A DNA stretch of 64,000 nucleotides from Candidatus Bathyarchaeia archaeon (GTDB lineage Archaea > Thermoproteota > Bathyarchaeia > 40CM-2-53-6): the NCBI GenBank assembly GCA_050013255.1, contig JBEKFP010000003.1, positions 128,001 to 192,000 on the forward strand, read 5' to 3'. Shown here in pieces: positions 16,818 through 27,088 of this stretch. The position numbers and the translations under genes were made by a program. The stretch's first letter is position 1; the number at the start of each line of letters is the position of its first letter. Below the pieces are notes generated by a model. That model saw nothing but the letters and a program-made list of their open reading frames with translations. It did not search any database and was not told where the DNA came from.

Positions 16818-18845
16818 CTACTTCCGACTTTCTGTTAGTGTGACTGCTTCGATAGAAATCGGCGTTTCTCGTAGTCGTCTGCCGATAACCGTCTCAATGG
16901 CTCTTAACACCGCAGGCGGAACGCCCATGGTTGGGCTCTCTCCTACACCTTTTGCACCGTGTGGGAGGGACGATGGAATGCTCGCGAGTTTGATCGAAAC
17001 TTGGGGCATCATCAGTGAGGTTAGCAACCCAGCGTCAGCGATGGTAGCCGTGAGCAGCTGTCCGTCTTCATCGTATTTTACCTGCTCATAGAGCACTTGG
17101 CCGATGCCTTGCGCGGTGCCGCCAATGATCTGGCTCTGAATCATAGTTGGGTTAAGTTGTCGTCCGACATCATAGTAAGCTCTGCATTCCTTCAACCGTA
17201 CGTTACCTAACTCATCAGATTCGGCAGTTACAAGGTTAGCTCCGAACGCGTTCAACTGTTCCTTCTCGGAGTGAAACACGGTCACATCAAACTCATGTCT
17301 CATGAGTTCCGCGGGAGAATACTTCCCAAGCTTCGTCTTCGCTTCGTCTCTTATCTTCCGTGAGGCTTCAACCAGTGCGGCTCCGCCGACCGCGGCTGTT
17401 CTGCTTCCCCAGGACCCAACTCCTTCATCCAATTCATCCGTGTCAGATTTCCCAAAGTCTATGAGAGATTGAGCTACGCCCAACTCCTCGCTTACAAGGA
17501 GTCGTGCGAATACGTCGTGTCCCTGCCCGTGTGAGCTTCCCCCCATCCATACTTTGACTCTTCCTTGTTTGATGGCTATTCTCGCTGATTCTCCTGGTTG
17601 CACTGCTGGAATGAGGACAAAGCATGAGAAACCCACGCCCATTTCTTTCCTCCTCTCATTGTATCCCAGTTCCTTTACCGCCGACTCAAGGAAGGGTTTG
17701 AATGGGTCGAGCCTAAGTCCAAGCGGCGAAACAAACCTCTCTGGGCTTGCGTTTCTCAACCTGACCTCGACGGGATCCATCTGCAGTTCATCAGCGAGCA
17801 GATCCATCATCCGCTCAATGAACATGGCCGCTTCAGGGCGCCCTGCACCCCTGTAGGGACCCAGAGGAACTTTATTCGTGTAAACAGCATTCGCGTCTAC
17901 GAATACGTTTGAAATTGCATATGGCCCTGTGATCTGAAATCCTATCCACCGGGGCGCCATCATTCCCATGCCAGGCGCGTACGCCCCCGCGTCGATTAGC
18001 AACTCTGCCCTGAGGCCGAGAACCTTTCCTGTTCGGTCTGCGTGAATTTTCATTTTGGCCCTCGCTCCCCTGCCTTGATGCGTTGCCATCAAGTGTTCCA
18101 TGCGTGTTTCGATCCACTTCACGGGCTTTCTCATCTTCATCGCGGCGTAGCATGCGATTACATACTCGGGGTAAATACCGCCCTTACTGCCAAAGGCGCC
18201 GCCCGTATCCACTTGGACAATCCGTACTGAGCTTGGAGCGAGTCCCATAGACTCACACAACCCCTCCTTCCAGGCGTGCACGGACTGCGTTGACGCCCAC
18301 ACGGTCAATCTGGAACCATCGTACTGGGCAACTAACCCTCGGGGCTCAAGAGGATTGGGAGATATCCTTCTGTTGACGAGTGTGTCCTCCAAAACCAGCG
18401 GAGAATCGTTGAGGTGGAACTCTCTGCCCAGCTGAAAGCTTGCCAGAATATTCGACTTCGTACCAGGATGAATCGGCGGCGCAACCAACGCCTCCTCCGG
18501 ATCGATAACGGCCTTCAGTGGCTCGTAGTCCACCTCCACTTCATCCATCATATCAATTGCTGAATAGAGGTCCTTTCCAAGAACCGCTGCCACCGGCTGG
18601 CCGACATAGTTCACGTAACCAGTTGCGAGGACTGGTTGAGCAGCACCCGAACCCTCCGAAGCTCCTTCTCCAACTGACGTGAGAGTTGCCTTGAGTTCTG
18701 AGGCATTTATGCCACCATGCACTTTCAGCAGCCTAGCTCTTGCGTGCGGGCTACGGACTACGGCCAAATGTAACGTGTCAGGTAAGTGAATGTCATTAAC
18801 GAATTGGCCGCGACCTTCAACGAGTTTCCGGGGTTCATCTTCCAT
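16818..18845 (-). CDS. coxL: Xanthine dehydrogenase-family molybdopterin subunit (CoxL/CutA-like, not form I CODH)
   Basis: GGAFGSK, PYRGAGRPEA, HGQG and AKGVGE motifs. Confidence 0.9.
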   Translation of the reverse strand: MEDEPRKLVEGRGQFVNDIHLPDTLHLAVVRSPHARARLLKVHGGINASELKATLTSVGEGASEGSGAAQPVLATGYVNYVGQPVAAVLGKDLYSAIDMMDEVEVDYEPLKAVIDPEEALVAPPIHPGTKSNILASFQLGREFHLNDSPLVLEDTLVNRRISPNPLEPRGLVAQYDGSRLTVWASTQSVHAWKEGLCESMGLAPSSVRIVQVDTGGAFGSKGGIYPEYVIACYAAMKMRKPVKWIETRMEHLMATHQGRGARAKMKIHADRTGKVLGLRAELLIDAGAYAPGMGMMAPRWIGFQITGPYAISNVFVDANAVYTNKVPLGPYRGAGRPEAAMFIERMMDLLADELQMDPVEVRLRNASPERFVSPLGLRLDPFKPFLESAVKELGYNERRKEMGVGFSCFVLIPAVQPGESARIAIKQGRVKVWMGGSSHGQGHDVFARLLVSEELGVAQSLIDFGKSDTDELDEGVGSWGSRTAAVGGAALVEASRKIRDEAKTKLGKYSPAELMRHEFDVTVFHSEKEQLNAFGANLVTAESDELGNVRLKECRAYYDVGRQLNPTMIQSQIIGGTAQGIGQVLYEQVKYDEDGQLLTATIADAGLLTSLMMPQVSIKLASIPSSLPHGAKGVGESPTMGVPPAVLRAIETVIGRRLRETPISIEAVTLTESRK

Positions 18846-18947
18846 GGATGGCGCAACTCCCACTACCAAATACAAACTTACCTCAGGGATACCAGTTCAT
18901 GGACAAGTCTTTAAACCGGTTCTTCGCGTTTCCCAAAGAGACAATCC

Positions 18948-19820
18948 TTGCGACCGAGGACCTTCGAGTATTACGCTCCATCATCTCTGAGCGAAGCCGT
19001 AAGTCTGTTGCACTCAAGAGACGAAGCAAAAATACTCGCTGGAGGACAGAGCCTCATCACCCTGATGAAGCTCCGCTTAGCCTCGGCCAAGATGCTCATC
19101 GACATTAACGGCATAGCAGAGCTAACTCAAATACGCAAAGAAAACGGCACAATCGTAGTCGGTGCTCTCGCTCGCCATGACCAAATCGCCCATAGCAGTC
19201 TCATGCACGAAACATGTCTTCTCATTTCAGAGGCCGCTGGCGTAATTGCCGACCAACAGGTAAGAAATCGCGGTACCATTGGAGGTTCACTCGCACATGC
19301 TGATCCAACGGCCGACCTTCCTACCGCTTGTACAGCAGCTCGGGCAAAAGTGGTTACAGTCAACGTTAATGGTTCGCGCTCGATCGAATCCGCGGATTTC
19401 TTCCGCGGATACTACAACACCGCTCTAGAGCGGGACGAGATAATTCGAGAAATTCGTATTCCGGTTCCGCCCCCAAGGTCCGGGGGTTCCTACATGAAAT
19501 TGAGCAAGGGTCACAACGATTTCGCGATCGTCGCGGTCGGATCTTTGTTAACCTTCGCCAGTGATAATGTTTGCAGGGCTGCAAGTGTAGTCCTCGGCGG
19601 CGTAGCACCTACCCCCATTCACGCGAAAAATGCAGAAAACGTCCTAATCGGACGAAAACTCGAGGATAAGGTGATTGAGGAGGCGTCCCAAAAGGCGTCC
19701 GATGACCTGAGCCCTCCTTCCGACCTGCGCGCGTCAGCCGAATACAGGTTGGAAATGGCGAAGGTTCTCACAGAACGGGCGGTCAGAAATTCCGCTAGCC
19801 GCGCACTTGGGAGTAATTAG
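18948..19820 (+). CDS. coxM: FAD-binding medium subunit
   Basis: LAGGQSL, RNRGTIGG and ADP.AD motifs. Confidence 0.92.
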   Translation: MRPRTFEYYAPSSLSEAVSLLHSRDEAKILAGGQSLITLMKLRLASAKMLIDINGIAELTQIRKENGTIVVGALARHDQIAHSSLMHETCLLISEAAGVIADQQVRNRGTIGGSLAHADPTADLPTACTAARAKVVTVNVNGSRSIESADFFRGYYNTALERDEIIREIRIPVPPPRSGGSYMKLSKGHNDFAIVAVGSLLTFASDNVCRAASVVLGGVAPTPIHAKNAENVLIGRKLEDKVIEEASQKASDDLSPPSDLRASAEYRLEMAKVLTERAVRNSASRALGSN

Positions 19821-19821
19821 T

Positions 19822-20295
19822 TTGGAGAAAGAATTCGCCGTCAGTGTCAAGGTGAACGGTCAGCAATACGAGCGAAGAATCGATCCTCGCACGTTACTAG
19901 TTGATTTCCTACGCGATGAACTTGGCTTAACAGGAACTCACATAGGATGCGATACCGGACATTGTGGTGCTTGCACTGTCATGCTGAATGGGGTAACTGT
20001 CAAGTCCTGTCTCTTGCTTGCAGCCCAAGTCAACAATTCCGAACTCAAGACGATCGAGGGCGTCGCCGTCAAGGGCAAATTGCATCCAATTCAAGAGGCT
20101 TTCTTAGAACATCAAGCATTGCAATGCGGTTATTGTACGCCAGGAATGATTCTCTCAAGCCTTTTCTTGCTCCAAAGAAACCCGAACCCGAACGAGGAAG
20201 AAATTAAGAGAGGCATCGAAGGCAACCTCTGTCGATGCACCGGTTATCTCAACATCGTGAAAGCTGTAAAAGCTGCTTCGGCTAAGATGAAGTAG
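19822..20295 (+). CDS. coxS: 2x[2Fe-2S] small subunit
   Basis: GCDTGHCGAC, QCGYCTPG, CRCTGY. Confidence 0.93.
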   Translation: MEKEFAVSVKVNGQQYERRIDPRTLLVDFLRDELGLTGTHIGCDTGHCGACTVMLNGVTVKSCLLLAAQVNNSELKTIEGVAVKGKLHPIQEAFLEHQALQCGYCTPGMILSSLFLLQRNPNPNEEEIKRGIEGNLCRCTGYLNIVKAVKAASAKMK

Positions 20296-20303
20296 GTTAG
20301 GCT

Positions 20304-20738
20304 TCATTGCATCTGGTTTCGGATGCGATCGAAGATTCCTATAACCGTCTTTTCCGCTGTATCCTTGATTACGAGTTGCCCAAGGCTCGCTATCATACCA
20401 GTCACCTTGACATCTGTCTCATAGTCGAGTTCACTGCCTTCAGGGGTCTCTTTGAGTTCAATCGCTAAGTCCATGTTGATGTTGCTTCCCGATCCTGTTC
20501 CAATCGCTCTAAGTTGTACTCTACTAGGCGGTTCTTTCCCCACGATTTCGATTTTGAACCTGAAATCAGCTTTTATGAAACCGACACCGACAGCAATGAC
20601 AGCCCTAAACTTGTCCTCGCTCTCAATGCTCAAGCTCTTCAGGTCTGGCAAGCACTTGCCGATCTTATTGGGATCGATGATGAATTCCCAGAGCCTTTCA
20701 CGAGGCGTCTTCAACAAGTACTTTCCTTCGAGGATCAT
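20304..20738 (-). CDS. coxG: CoxG/SRPBCC accessory protein
   Basis: LW.FI.DP..I.KCLP; G.IASLG; start moved to ATG 20738. Confidence 0.85.
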   Translation of the reverse strand: MILEGKYLLKTPRERLWEFIIDPNKIGKCLPDLKSLSIESEDKFRAVIAVGVGFIKADFRFKIEIVGKEPPSRVQLRAIGTGSGSNINMDLAIELKETPEGSELDYETDVKVTGMIASLGQLVIKDTAEKTVIGIFDRIRNQMQ

Positions 20739-20837
20739 TCTTAGCCCACAACTGCATTGATGATGAGGTTGCGGTACCACTTGATTAACAAGCTTGCTGG
20801 TGGTGTACGCCCCAACCCTATGCAGGGGGAGGTTCCT

Positions 20838-21299
20838 TTGAGGATTATTCAGGTCCATTCCCAGGAGGGGATTCAACAGGTCAAGTTTCTCTTTTCAGAA
20901 TACGCTTCTTCACTCGACTTCGACCTTTCCTTTCAAAATTTCAAGAATGAATTGGCAGACCTACCGGGGGAGTATTCTGCGCCGGGCGGGGCCATTCTCC
21001 TTGCCTACTATGAGGGGAGTGCTGCCGGTTGTGTCGCCATGCGGAAATTGGCCGAAGATGTTTGTGAAATGAAAAGGCTCTACGTGCGGCAGGCGTTCAG
21101 AGGGAAGAAAATTGGCAAAGCGTTGTCTGTGGCAATTATTGAGGAAGCAAGGAAGCGCGGGTTCTCGCGCATGCGCTTAGATACCGTGCCTTCGATGAAG
21201 GAAGCGATTAAGCTTTACCGCACTTTAGGCTTCAAAGAGACCTCTCCATACCGGTACAACCCCAGAGCAGGTGCAATGTTTCTCGAACTCGTTTTATAG
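20838..21299 (+). CDS. GNAT acetyltransferase
   Basis: CEMKRLYV..FRGKKIG, MRLDT...A..LY..LGF; TTG start after GGAGG. Confidence 0.9.
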   Translation: MRIIQVHSQEGIQQVKFLFSEYASSLDFDLSFQNFKNELADLPGEYSAPGGAILLAYYEGSAAGCVAMRKLAEDVCEMKRLYVRQAFRGKKIGKALSVAIIEEARKRGFSRMRLDTVPSMKEAIKLYRTLGFKETSPYRYNPRAGAMFLELVL

Positions 21300-21354
21300 A
21301 CTATCGAGCATGATGTTGGCCTGGCGTTGGAGTTCCCGTGGTTACACCCGGTTT

Positions 21355-22782
21355 CTAATTTGGTCGGAGCTTCTGTTTCAGATACGCCCCGGCCAGGGTT
21401 GGAATGAGTGCGGTCGCGTTCAAGGCCGCTAGCCACAAGTAAGCCGTCTTTAGGCCGTCCATGAAAACCGCCCGATCAACAAGCAAATTGCCTATTGGAG
21501 TAACCGATGAAATTAGAGTCGTGATCACTCCAAACGGGACTCTGAATGTCATGATCCAAAGTACGAGGTTCAGGCTGACTGTGAAACCAATGTTCCAGAA
21601 GGTGGACCTGACGGAGGCCGCGACACCCCGCCTTAGAGCTGGAACCGCGGCCATGCAGAGGCTCGCGTTTGGCGCAAGGAAGACGCTTACGCCAATCCCT
21701 AACAAAACCATGTAGACCAGACTATAGACGTACGGCGTTGAAGGGTCAACGGTCGAAAACAAGTAGGTCGTGATGCTCGTCAAGGTAAGGCCCCCAACTA
21801 AAAATCCTGTTTGGCCGAACCGGTCGGAAAGCTTACCGCTCAAAGGAGCCATCAGAACTGCGGTCAAATCCAAAGGCACCAGCCTAAGCCCAGCCTCGAG
21901 CGGGCTCAAGCCGAGTTCCAATTGGAAGAAGAGGCTCAAGAGTAACGCCAGGCTGCTGAAAGCGGTCACGGCGATCACTAGAGCCACCACGGCGCTACCG
22001 AATTCCCTTATCTTAAGCAGCCCCAAGTCGAGGAGTGGATGCGTTGATCGGCGCTCCCACATTACAAATGTCACGATAGCGACGGCGCTCAAGATGAGGA
22101 GGTAATAGACCGTAGTTTCTTCCGCGATCCCATAAACGGCGTAGGTTAATGCGAGAAGAAATGCGGTGATGGAAACAACGAATGCCGCAAAACCTTTCCA
22201 ATCAATGGGCGCCCCCTTCTCAAGGGTCGCAATCTCACGCAATCGAAGGCGCGCCCATACTGTCCCGAAAATACCGATTGGGATATTGACGTAGAAGAGA
22301 AACCTCCAATCGAAGAAGAACAGAATCAAGCCACTCACGGTCAATCCGAGAACAGAACCTAGGTTGTATGCGATTGCATTTACTCCGAGTGAAAAGCCTA
22401 ATTCTTTCATGGGAGTAGCATCTGTTATCATTGCTATGCTGTTCGACCATATCATTGACGAGCCAAGGCCCTGCATTATCCTGAAGGCGATTATCTGTTC
22501 GGGCGATTGGGATAGGCTAGTCAGTAGTGAGCCAACGGTGAAAATTATGAATCCTGCATTGTAGAGTTTCACTCTACCGAAAATATCAGTAACTCTTCCT
22601 ATCAGGAGGAGCATTATGGTGCTCGCCAATGCGTAACCTTGTGTGAACCAAACTGCTTGCTCAGCATCTGCGTGCATCGCGCTCGCAATTTGTGGGAGTC
22701 CAATAACGAGTATTCTTGAGTCGATGCCCGACATCAGTACGCCAACCGTCGTTACCGTAAGAACTGTCCACTTGTATTCCAA
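21355..22782 (-). CDS. MFS transporter (DHA2/EmrB-like)
   Basis: GRVTDIFGR motif A; WRFLFYVNIPIG; ~14 TM segments. Confidence 0.9.
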   Translation of the reverse strand: MEYKWTVLTVTTVGVLMSGIDSRILVIGLPQIASAMHADAEQAVWFTQGYALASTIMLLLIGRVTDIFGRVKLYNAGFIIFTVGSLLTSLSQSPEQIIAFRIMQGLGSSMIWSNSIAMITDATPMKELGFSLGVNAIAYNLGSVLGLTVSGLILFFFDWRFLFYVNIPIGIFGTVWARLRLREIATLEKGAPIDWKGFAAFVVSITAFLLALTYAVYGIAEETTVYYLLILSAVAIVTFVMWERRSTHPLLDLGLLKIREFGSAVVALVIAVTAFSSLALLLSLFFQLELGLSPLEAGLRLVPLDLTAVLMAPLSGKLSDRFGQTGFLVGGLTLTSITTYLFSTVDPSTPYVYSLVYMVLLGIGVSVFLAPNASLCMAAVPALRRGVAASVRSTFWNIGFTVSLNLVLWIMTFRVPFGVITTLISSVTPIGNLLVDRAVFMDGLKTAYLWLAALNATALIPTLAGAYLKQKLRPN

Positions 22783-23021
22783 GTCTAAAGCGCCGTTTTC
22801 ATAATTGTCCGTGCCAGTAGCTCGGGAGGTGTCCGTCCTGAGCTTAGTTTGATGTTGATATTCCTAGTGGTTGCTGCAGACAGGATTTCTAACTAACGAC
22901 TCCATTGAGTCAGGTCATTTATTGAGCTGGCTTCGCTCCCGACGCGCTTATTGTGGACTTTATTTATTCTGAAACTTCCCGAGACCTGAATCCCTCATCA
23001 TCTGAGAGTCCGTTTTCGCCG

Positions 23022-23669
23022 TCATTTCACAATTCGGATGTTAAAGTTCGGGGTCTGATTGACCGCCATCAACCGTACCCACAGCGCCAAATACATCTCC
23101 GGGCCTCTTGCAGTGGTAATGTCGCCTAGGTCGATGACGGATTTCCAGCCAAACCAATCGGTCACTATCTCGCGAACCTTCGCTTTTGCCTTTGCGTCAT
23201 TTCCGCTCATGAAGATATCATGGGGCCCCGGGACAATGTGAGGGGTTACCATTACATTACAGTTTATGGTGTTGAGTGTTTTGACGACCTTTGCGTCAGG
23301 GAACGCCCGTTGTATTTGCTCGCCAATCGAATCGGTATTGCACACAGTGAGGGTGGGTGGCATGCCCTTAGAGAAATCCAGTGGGTTGGATATGTCTACT
23401 AGAATTTTCCCCTTGAGGTTTTTTGCACCAGCCAACTTTAATGCCTCCAGCGACGCTGAGCCGGCAGTGCAATTGAAAATGATTTCGCCGAATTCGGCGG
23501 TTTCAGCGAAAGTACCATTCGAAGCCTTTGCCCCATTGGCCTTGGCCCATTGCACAGCCTTCTCGTTCCCTGCCGTGCGGGAACCCATTTTCACTTCATG
23601 GCCCAACTGAACAAGCTTAGTAGCAATGGTATTTCCAACCATTCCCGTCCCCAGGACCCCAAGCTTCAA
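23022..23669 (-). CDS. NAD(P)-binding F420-oxidoreductase family protein
   Basis: GVLGTGMVG, DISNP, VVK.LNT. Confidence 0.85.
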   Translation of the reverse strand: MKLGVLGTGMVGNTIATKLVQLGHEVKMGSRTAGNEKAVQWAKANGAKASNGTFAETAEFGEIIFNCTAGSASLEALKLAGAKNLKGKILVDISNPLDFSKGMPPTLTVCNTDSIGEQIQRAFPDAKVVKTLNTINCNVMVTPHIVPGPHDIFMSGNDAKAKAKVREIVTDWFGWKSVIDLGDITTARGPEMYLALWVRLMAVNQTPNFNIRIVK

Positions 23670-23748
23670 AGTAACGACTCCCCGTGCTCAGCTGAAGGGA
23701 GGGAGGTCTAGCTATTTATTGACTACCAACAGCATATGGTCGAAGCTC

Positions 23749-24519
23749 TCAAAACGATTTCACAAAGAACCAGGCTGAGACAATCAAACCGATTGCAACA
23801 ATAATGAAGTGAAGCGGGCGAGGGTTCACGTGCTTCGCAAGCCTTGCGCCTCCGTAGCCACCAATGATCGCGCCAGCCATCATGAGGAAAGCCAAGTACC
23901 AGACGACCAACCCTTTGTATGCGAAGAAGACGAATGCAGTTAGGTTGATTATCGCGGTGAGAGGGGTCTTCATCGCGTTCATCTTGTGGATGTCACGGAG
24001 GCCCATAATGCTGAACGACCCTAGCATTAGGATCCCGATGCCCGCCCCAAAGTATCCTCCGTACGCCGCCACAAAGAGCTGGAAGACGGTCCCCCATATG
24101 CGTCCAGCAGTCGTTACATGCTCATCGCCTGAACTACGGCGTAGTCTTCGGGAGATCAAGTCTTGTGATGCAAGCATTAGCGTGGCAAAGAGCACTAAGA
24201 ATGGGACTACGAGTTTGAATAGTGCTGGCGCTGTGAAAACCAGAATTGCAGCCCCCATGAGTCCGCCGATGAAGCTAGGAATGGCAAGCATTAGTAGTAG
24301 GCTGCGTTGGATCTTGGTATCTTTTCGATATCCAACCGCGGCACTAAGGGAACCAGGCCACAACGCGGCTGTGTTCGTGGCATTGGAGATGATTTCAGGT
24401 TCGCCGAAAGCTACGAGGGACGGAAAGGAGATCAACGTGCCGCCACCCGCCACCGAATTGATGCCGCCAGCAAGCATGCCGGCAAAAAACAGGCCGAACA
24501 ATCCGACTAGGTCATTCAT
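23749..24519 (-). CDS. TauE/SafE (TSUP) family transporter
   Basis: NSVAGGG and YGGYFGAG.G motifs. Confidence 0.9.
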   Translation of the reverse strand: MNDLVGLFGLFFAGMLAGGINSVAGGGTLISFPSLVAFGEPEIISNATNTAALWPGSLSAAVGYRKDTKIQRSLLLMLAIPSFIGGLMGAAILVFTAPALFKLVVPFLVLFATLMLASQDLISRRLRRSSGDEHVTTAGRIWGTVFQLFVAAYGGYFGAGIGILMLGSFSIMGLRDIHKMNAMKTPLTAIINLTAFVFFAYKGLVVWYLAFLMMAGAIIGGYGGARLAKHVNPRPLHFIIVAIGLIVSAWFFVKSF

Positions 24520-24567
24520 GGTGGCTAGCCTGTACCACGACCGTTAGTGAATCTAGTTGAATTGAAT

Positions 24568-26010
24568 TTAGTTGTTTCCTACTTCCTTCTTGAAAGCGTC
24601 GGCTAGGTTTCTCCCCCAATCGGCGAGTGGTTCGAGTCTCCCGTCGAAGAAGCGGAGGACTGGGGGCTCCCACACGAACTTCAGTCCTTTGACAAGGTCT
24701 CGGTGCTTGTAGAGCCAATTTATTCTATCAATGGCATATTCAACGTGCGAAATTGAGTAGACCCTCCTTGGAAGAGCAATCCTAGTTAGTTCAACGTCGG
24801 CTGGGACCTCCTTCCCTTCCCTGTCTCTGTCCATTGAGACACTTCCTCTTTCCATGCTCCTGATTCCCGAGGCGATGTACAGAGCGGCTGATAGGGCCCC
24901 TGCCGGGTACTGGGATTGAGGGATGTGCGGAAGGAACTTCATCGCGTCCAAGTGGCACGCCAACCCGCCCGGCGGAGTGACCACTGGGATACCAGTTTCA
25001 TGGAGTTTGTTGACAAAATATTTGATCTGTTCAACTGAGCAACCTGCGACCGATGGGTCCACCATTTCCCGCATTCCCACAGCCATGGCACCTACCTCTC
25101 GCATTGACATGCCTCCATAGGTGTAGAATCCTTCGTAGACGGGGAGCCAGGGTCTGATCTTGTCGAACAGTTCCTTATTGTTAGTCGCTATCGCGCCTCC
25201 TCTAACAGACGTGTTCTTCCTGCCGCTCATGTAGAACAGGTCAGGTATACTGCAAATCTCACGGACTATTTCGGCAACGGTTTTGGTTTGGTATCCCTTC
25301 TCTCGTTGCATGATGAGGTAGGCGTTTTCGCAGATGAGACTTCCATCTATGACGAGGGTCAAACCGTGTTCGTTGCAGATTTGGCGGACTTCTTTCAGAT
25401 TCGCTATGGAGAATGGTTGTCCGCCGATTAAGTTGGTTGTCGCTTCCATGCGAACGAATGCGATTTTTTCTTTTCCGTACTTCTTTATCACGTTCTTCAG
25501 TTTCTGTGGATCCATGTTGCCTTTGAAGAGATTTGTACTCTCAGTCTTCAGGGCGTCGTCGTAGTATATCTCTAGAACCGAGGCGCCTAGCAGTTCGATG
25601 TGGGCTCGGGTGGTCGTGAAATGGTAGTTCGTCGGAACTACATTGCCCGATTTGATGAAGACCTTCGCCAGGAGATGCTCCGCCGCTCTCCCCTGGTGCG
25701 TGTTCATGACATACTTGTAACCGAGAACATCCTTCACTGCGTCCGCGAATTCGTAGAAGGTCATGCTGCCGGCGTAGGCGTCATCCGCTCTCATGAAAGC
25801 TGCGAACTGGTTGTCGCTCATAGCGTTGACGCCGCTATCTGTGAGCATGTCCAAGAATATGTCCTTGGTTTTGAGCAGGAACGTATTGTAGCCGGCCTCT
25901 CCAATCGCCTTGAGCCGTTCCTCGACAGGTATCAGCGCAATTTTCTGCACCATCCGAGTCTTGTGCATTTCAATTGGAATCTCCTTTCCCGAAGACAACT
26001 TGATAGACAT
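24568..26010 (-). CDS. tpl: Beta-eliminating lyase, tyrosine phenol-lyase-like
   Basis: DMLTDSG, D.AYAGS, HQGRAAE; TPL-type FTTT, SMERG and LRFF. Confidence 0.8.
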   Translation of the reverse strand: MSIKLSSGKEIPIEMHKTRMVQKIALIPVEERLKAIGEAGYNTFLLKTKDIFLDMLTDSGVNAMSDNQFAAFMRADDAYAGSMTFYEFADAVKDVLGYKYVMNTHQGRAAEHLLAKVFIKSGNVVPTNYHFTTTRAHIELLGASVLEIYYDDALKTESTNLFKGNMDPQKLKNVIKKYGKEKIAFVRMEATTNLIGGQPFSIANLKEVRQICNEHGLTLVIDGSLICENAYLIMQREKGYQTKTVAEIVREICSIPDLFYMSGRKNTSVRGGAIATNNKELFDKIRPWLPVYEGFYTYGGMSMREVGAMAVGMREMVDPSVAGCSVEQIKYFVNKLHETGIPVVTPPGGLACHLDAMKFLPHIPQSQYPAGALSAALYIASGIRSMERGSVSMDRDREGKEVPADVELTRIALPRRVYSISHVEYAIDRINWLYKHRDLVKGLKFVWEPPVLRFFDGRLEPLADWGRNLADAFKKEVGNN

Positions 26011-26188
26011 TAGCGGTCACCACTAGGATTTCTACTGTAATTTCGGGACCACAAACGCCGGGTACTTACGCATTTGGATGGGTTTTCTTGAGCGGAGATT
26101 ACCTGAGTCGGCGGAAGGGGTAGACTCCTGTAAGGCACAACAGTCATGACGCGGTCCGTTGTGTACGATTAAGAATCAGTGAGATGCT

Positions 26189-26506
26189 GTGGAAATTCGT
26201 TTTCTCTATTCGGACCAGTGCCCCTCGCATGACGAAGCGATTGAACGACTGCGCAAAGTCCTAGATGAGGAGGGAATAAACGCTAAGATTGAAGTCATCA
26301 GAGTTGAGACGTTTGAAGATGCGAAGCGGTATCGTTACCCAGGGTCGCCGACAATTTTGATTGATGGGCATGATATCGACCCGGTTCCGAATTATGGATA
26401 TGCTCCGACCTGCCGTGCTTACCGCCTTGAAGATGGGCGTATCTCCCCTTTGCCATCGGTCTCAATGATTCGCAAGGCCGTCCGTGCTGCGAAAGGAGAA
26501 TCTTAA
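26189..26506 (+). CDS. Small thioredoxin-like protein (DUF2703-like)
   Basis: CPS; GSPTILIDG.D; CRAY. Confidence 0.75.
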   Translation: MEIRFLYSDQCPSHDEAIERLRKVLDEEGINAKIEVIRVETFEDAKRYRYPGSPTILIDGHDIDPVPNYGYAPTCRAYRLEDGRISPLPSVSMIRKAVRAAKGES

Positions 26507-26554
26507 GAACAGAACCCAGCACTAAACGGTAGACGCATTCGCGGGAATGAGACC

Positions 26555-27088
26555 ATGACGAACCTTAAGATCGGGGATAAGGCCTTACCCTTCAACCTAT
26601 CCGGCGTCGACGGAAAGAATCATTCGCTCGCCGAATATTCTGGAAAGAATGCTGTGGCGGTAATTTTCAGTTGCAACCACTGCCCCTACGTTCGTGCGTG
26701 GGAGGACCGTATGGTCCAGGTACAGGCAGACTACGATATGAAAGGCGTACAATTGATTGCAATAAACGCGAACGACGCCTCAAAATATCCTGATGACAGC
26801 TTCGAAAAAATGAAGGAGCGCGCAAAGGAGAAGCATTTCAACTTCCCCTACCTGCATGACGAAAGCCAGCAAGTAGCTCGCGCTTACGGAGCTGAGCGAA
26901 CACCTGAGGTTTTCCTCTTCGACAAGGCGGGAACGTTAAGGTACCATGGCGTAATAGATGACAACTACGACGAGCCAAAGGCTGTTAAAGTTAAATTTCT
27001 GCGGGAAGCCCTCGACGCCACGCTGAACGGGAAGGTGCCCGCGAACACTGAAACAGAACCAGTCGGTTGCACAATCAAGTGGAAATGA
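26555..27088 (+). CDS. AhpC/TSA thioredoxin-family protein
   Basis: CNHCPYV; GCTIKWK. Confidence 0.9.
   Translation: MTNLKIGDKALPFNLSGVDGKNHSLAEYSGKNAVAVIFSCNHCPYVRAWEDRMVQVQADYDMKGVQLIAINANDASKYPDDSFEKMKERAKEKHFNFPYLHDESQQVARAYGAERTPEVFLFDKAGTLRYHGVIDDNYDEPKAVKVKFLREALDATLNGKVPANTETEPVGCTIKWK

Noticed and set aside
26092-26135. tRNA-Tyr/Leu-like 5' half
   Set aside because: The resemblance is superficial; there is no anticodon stem or T-arm.
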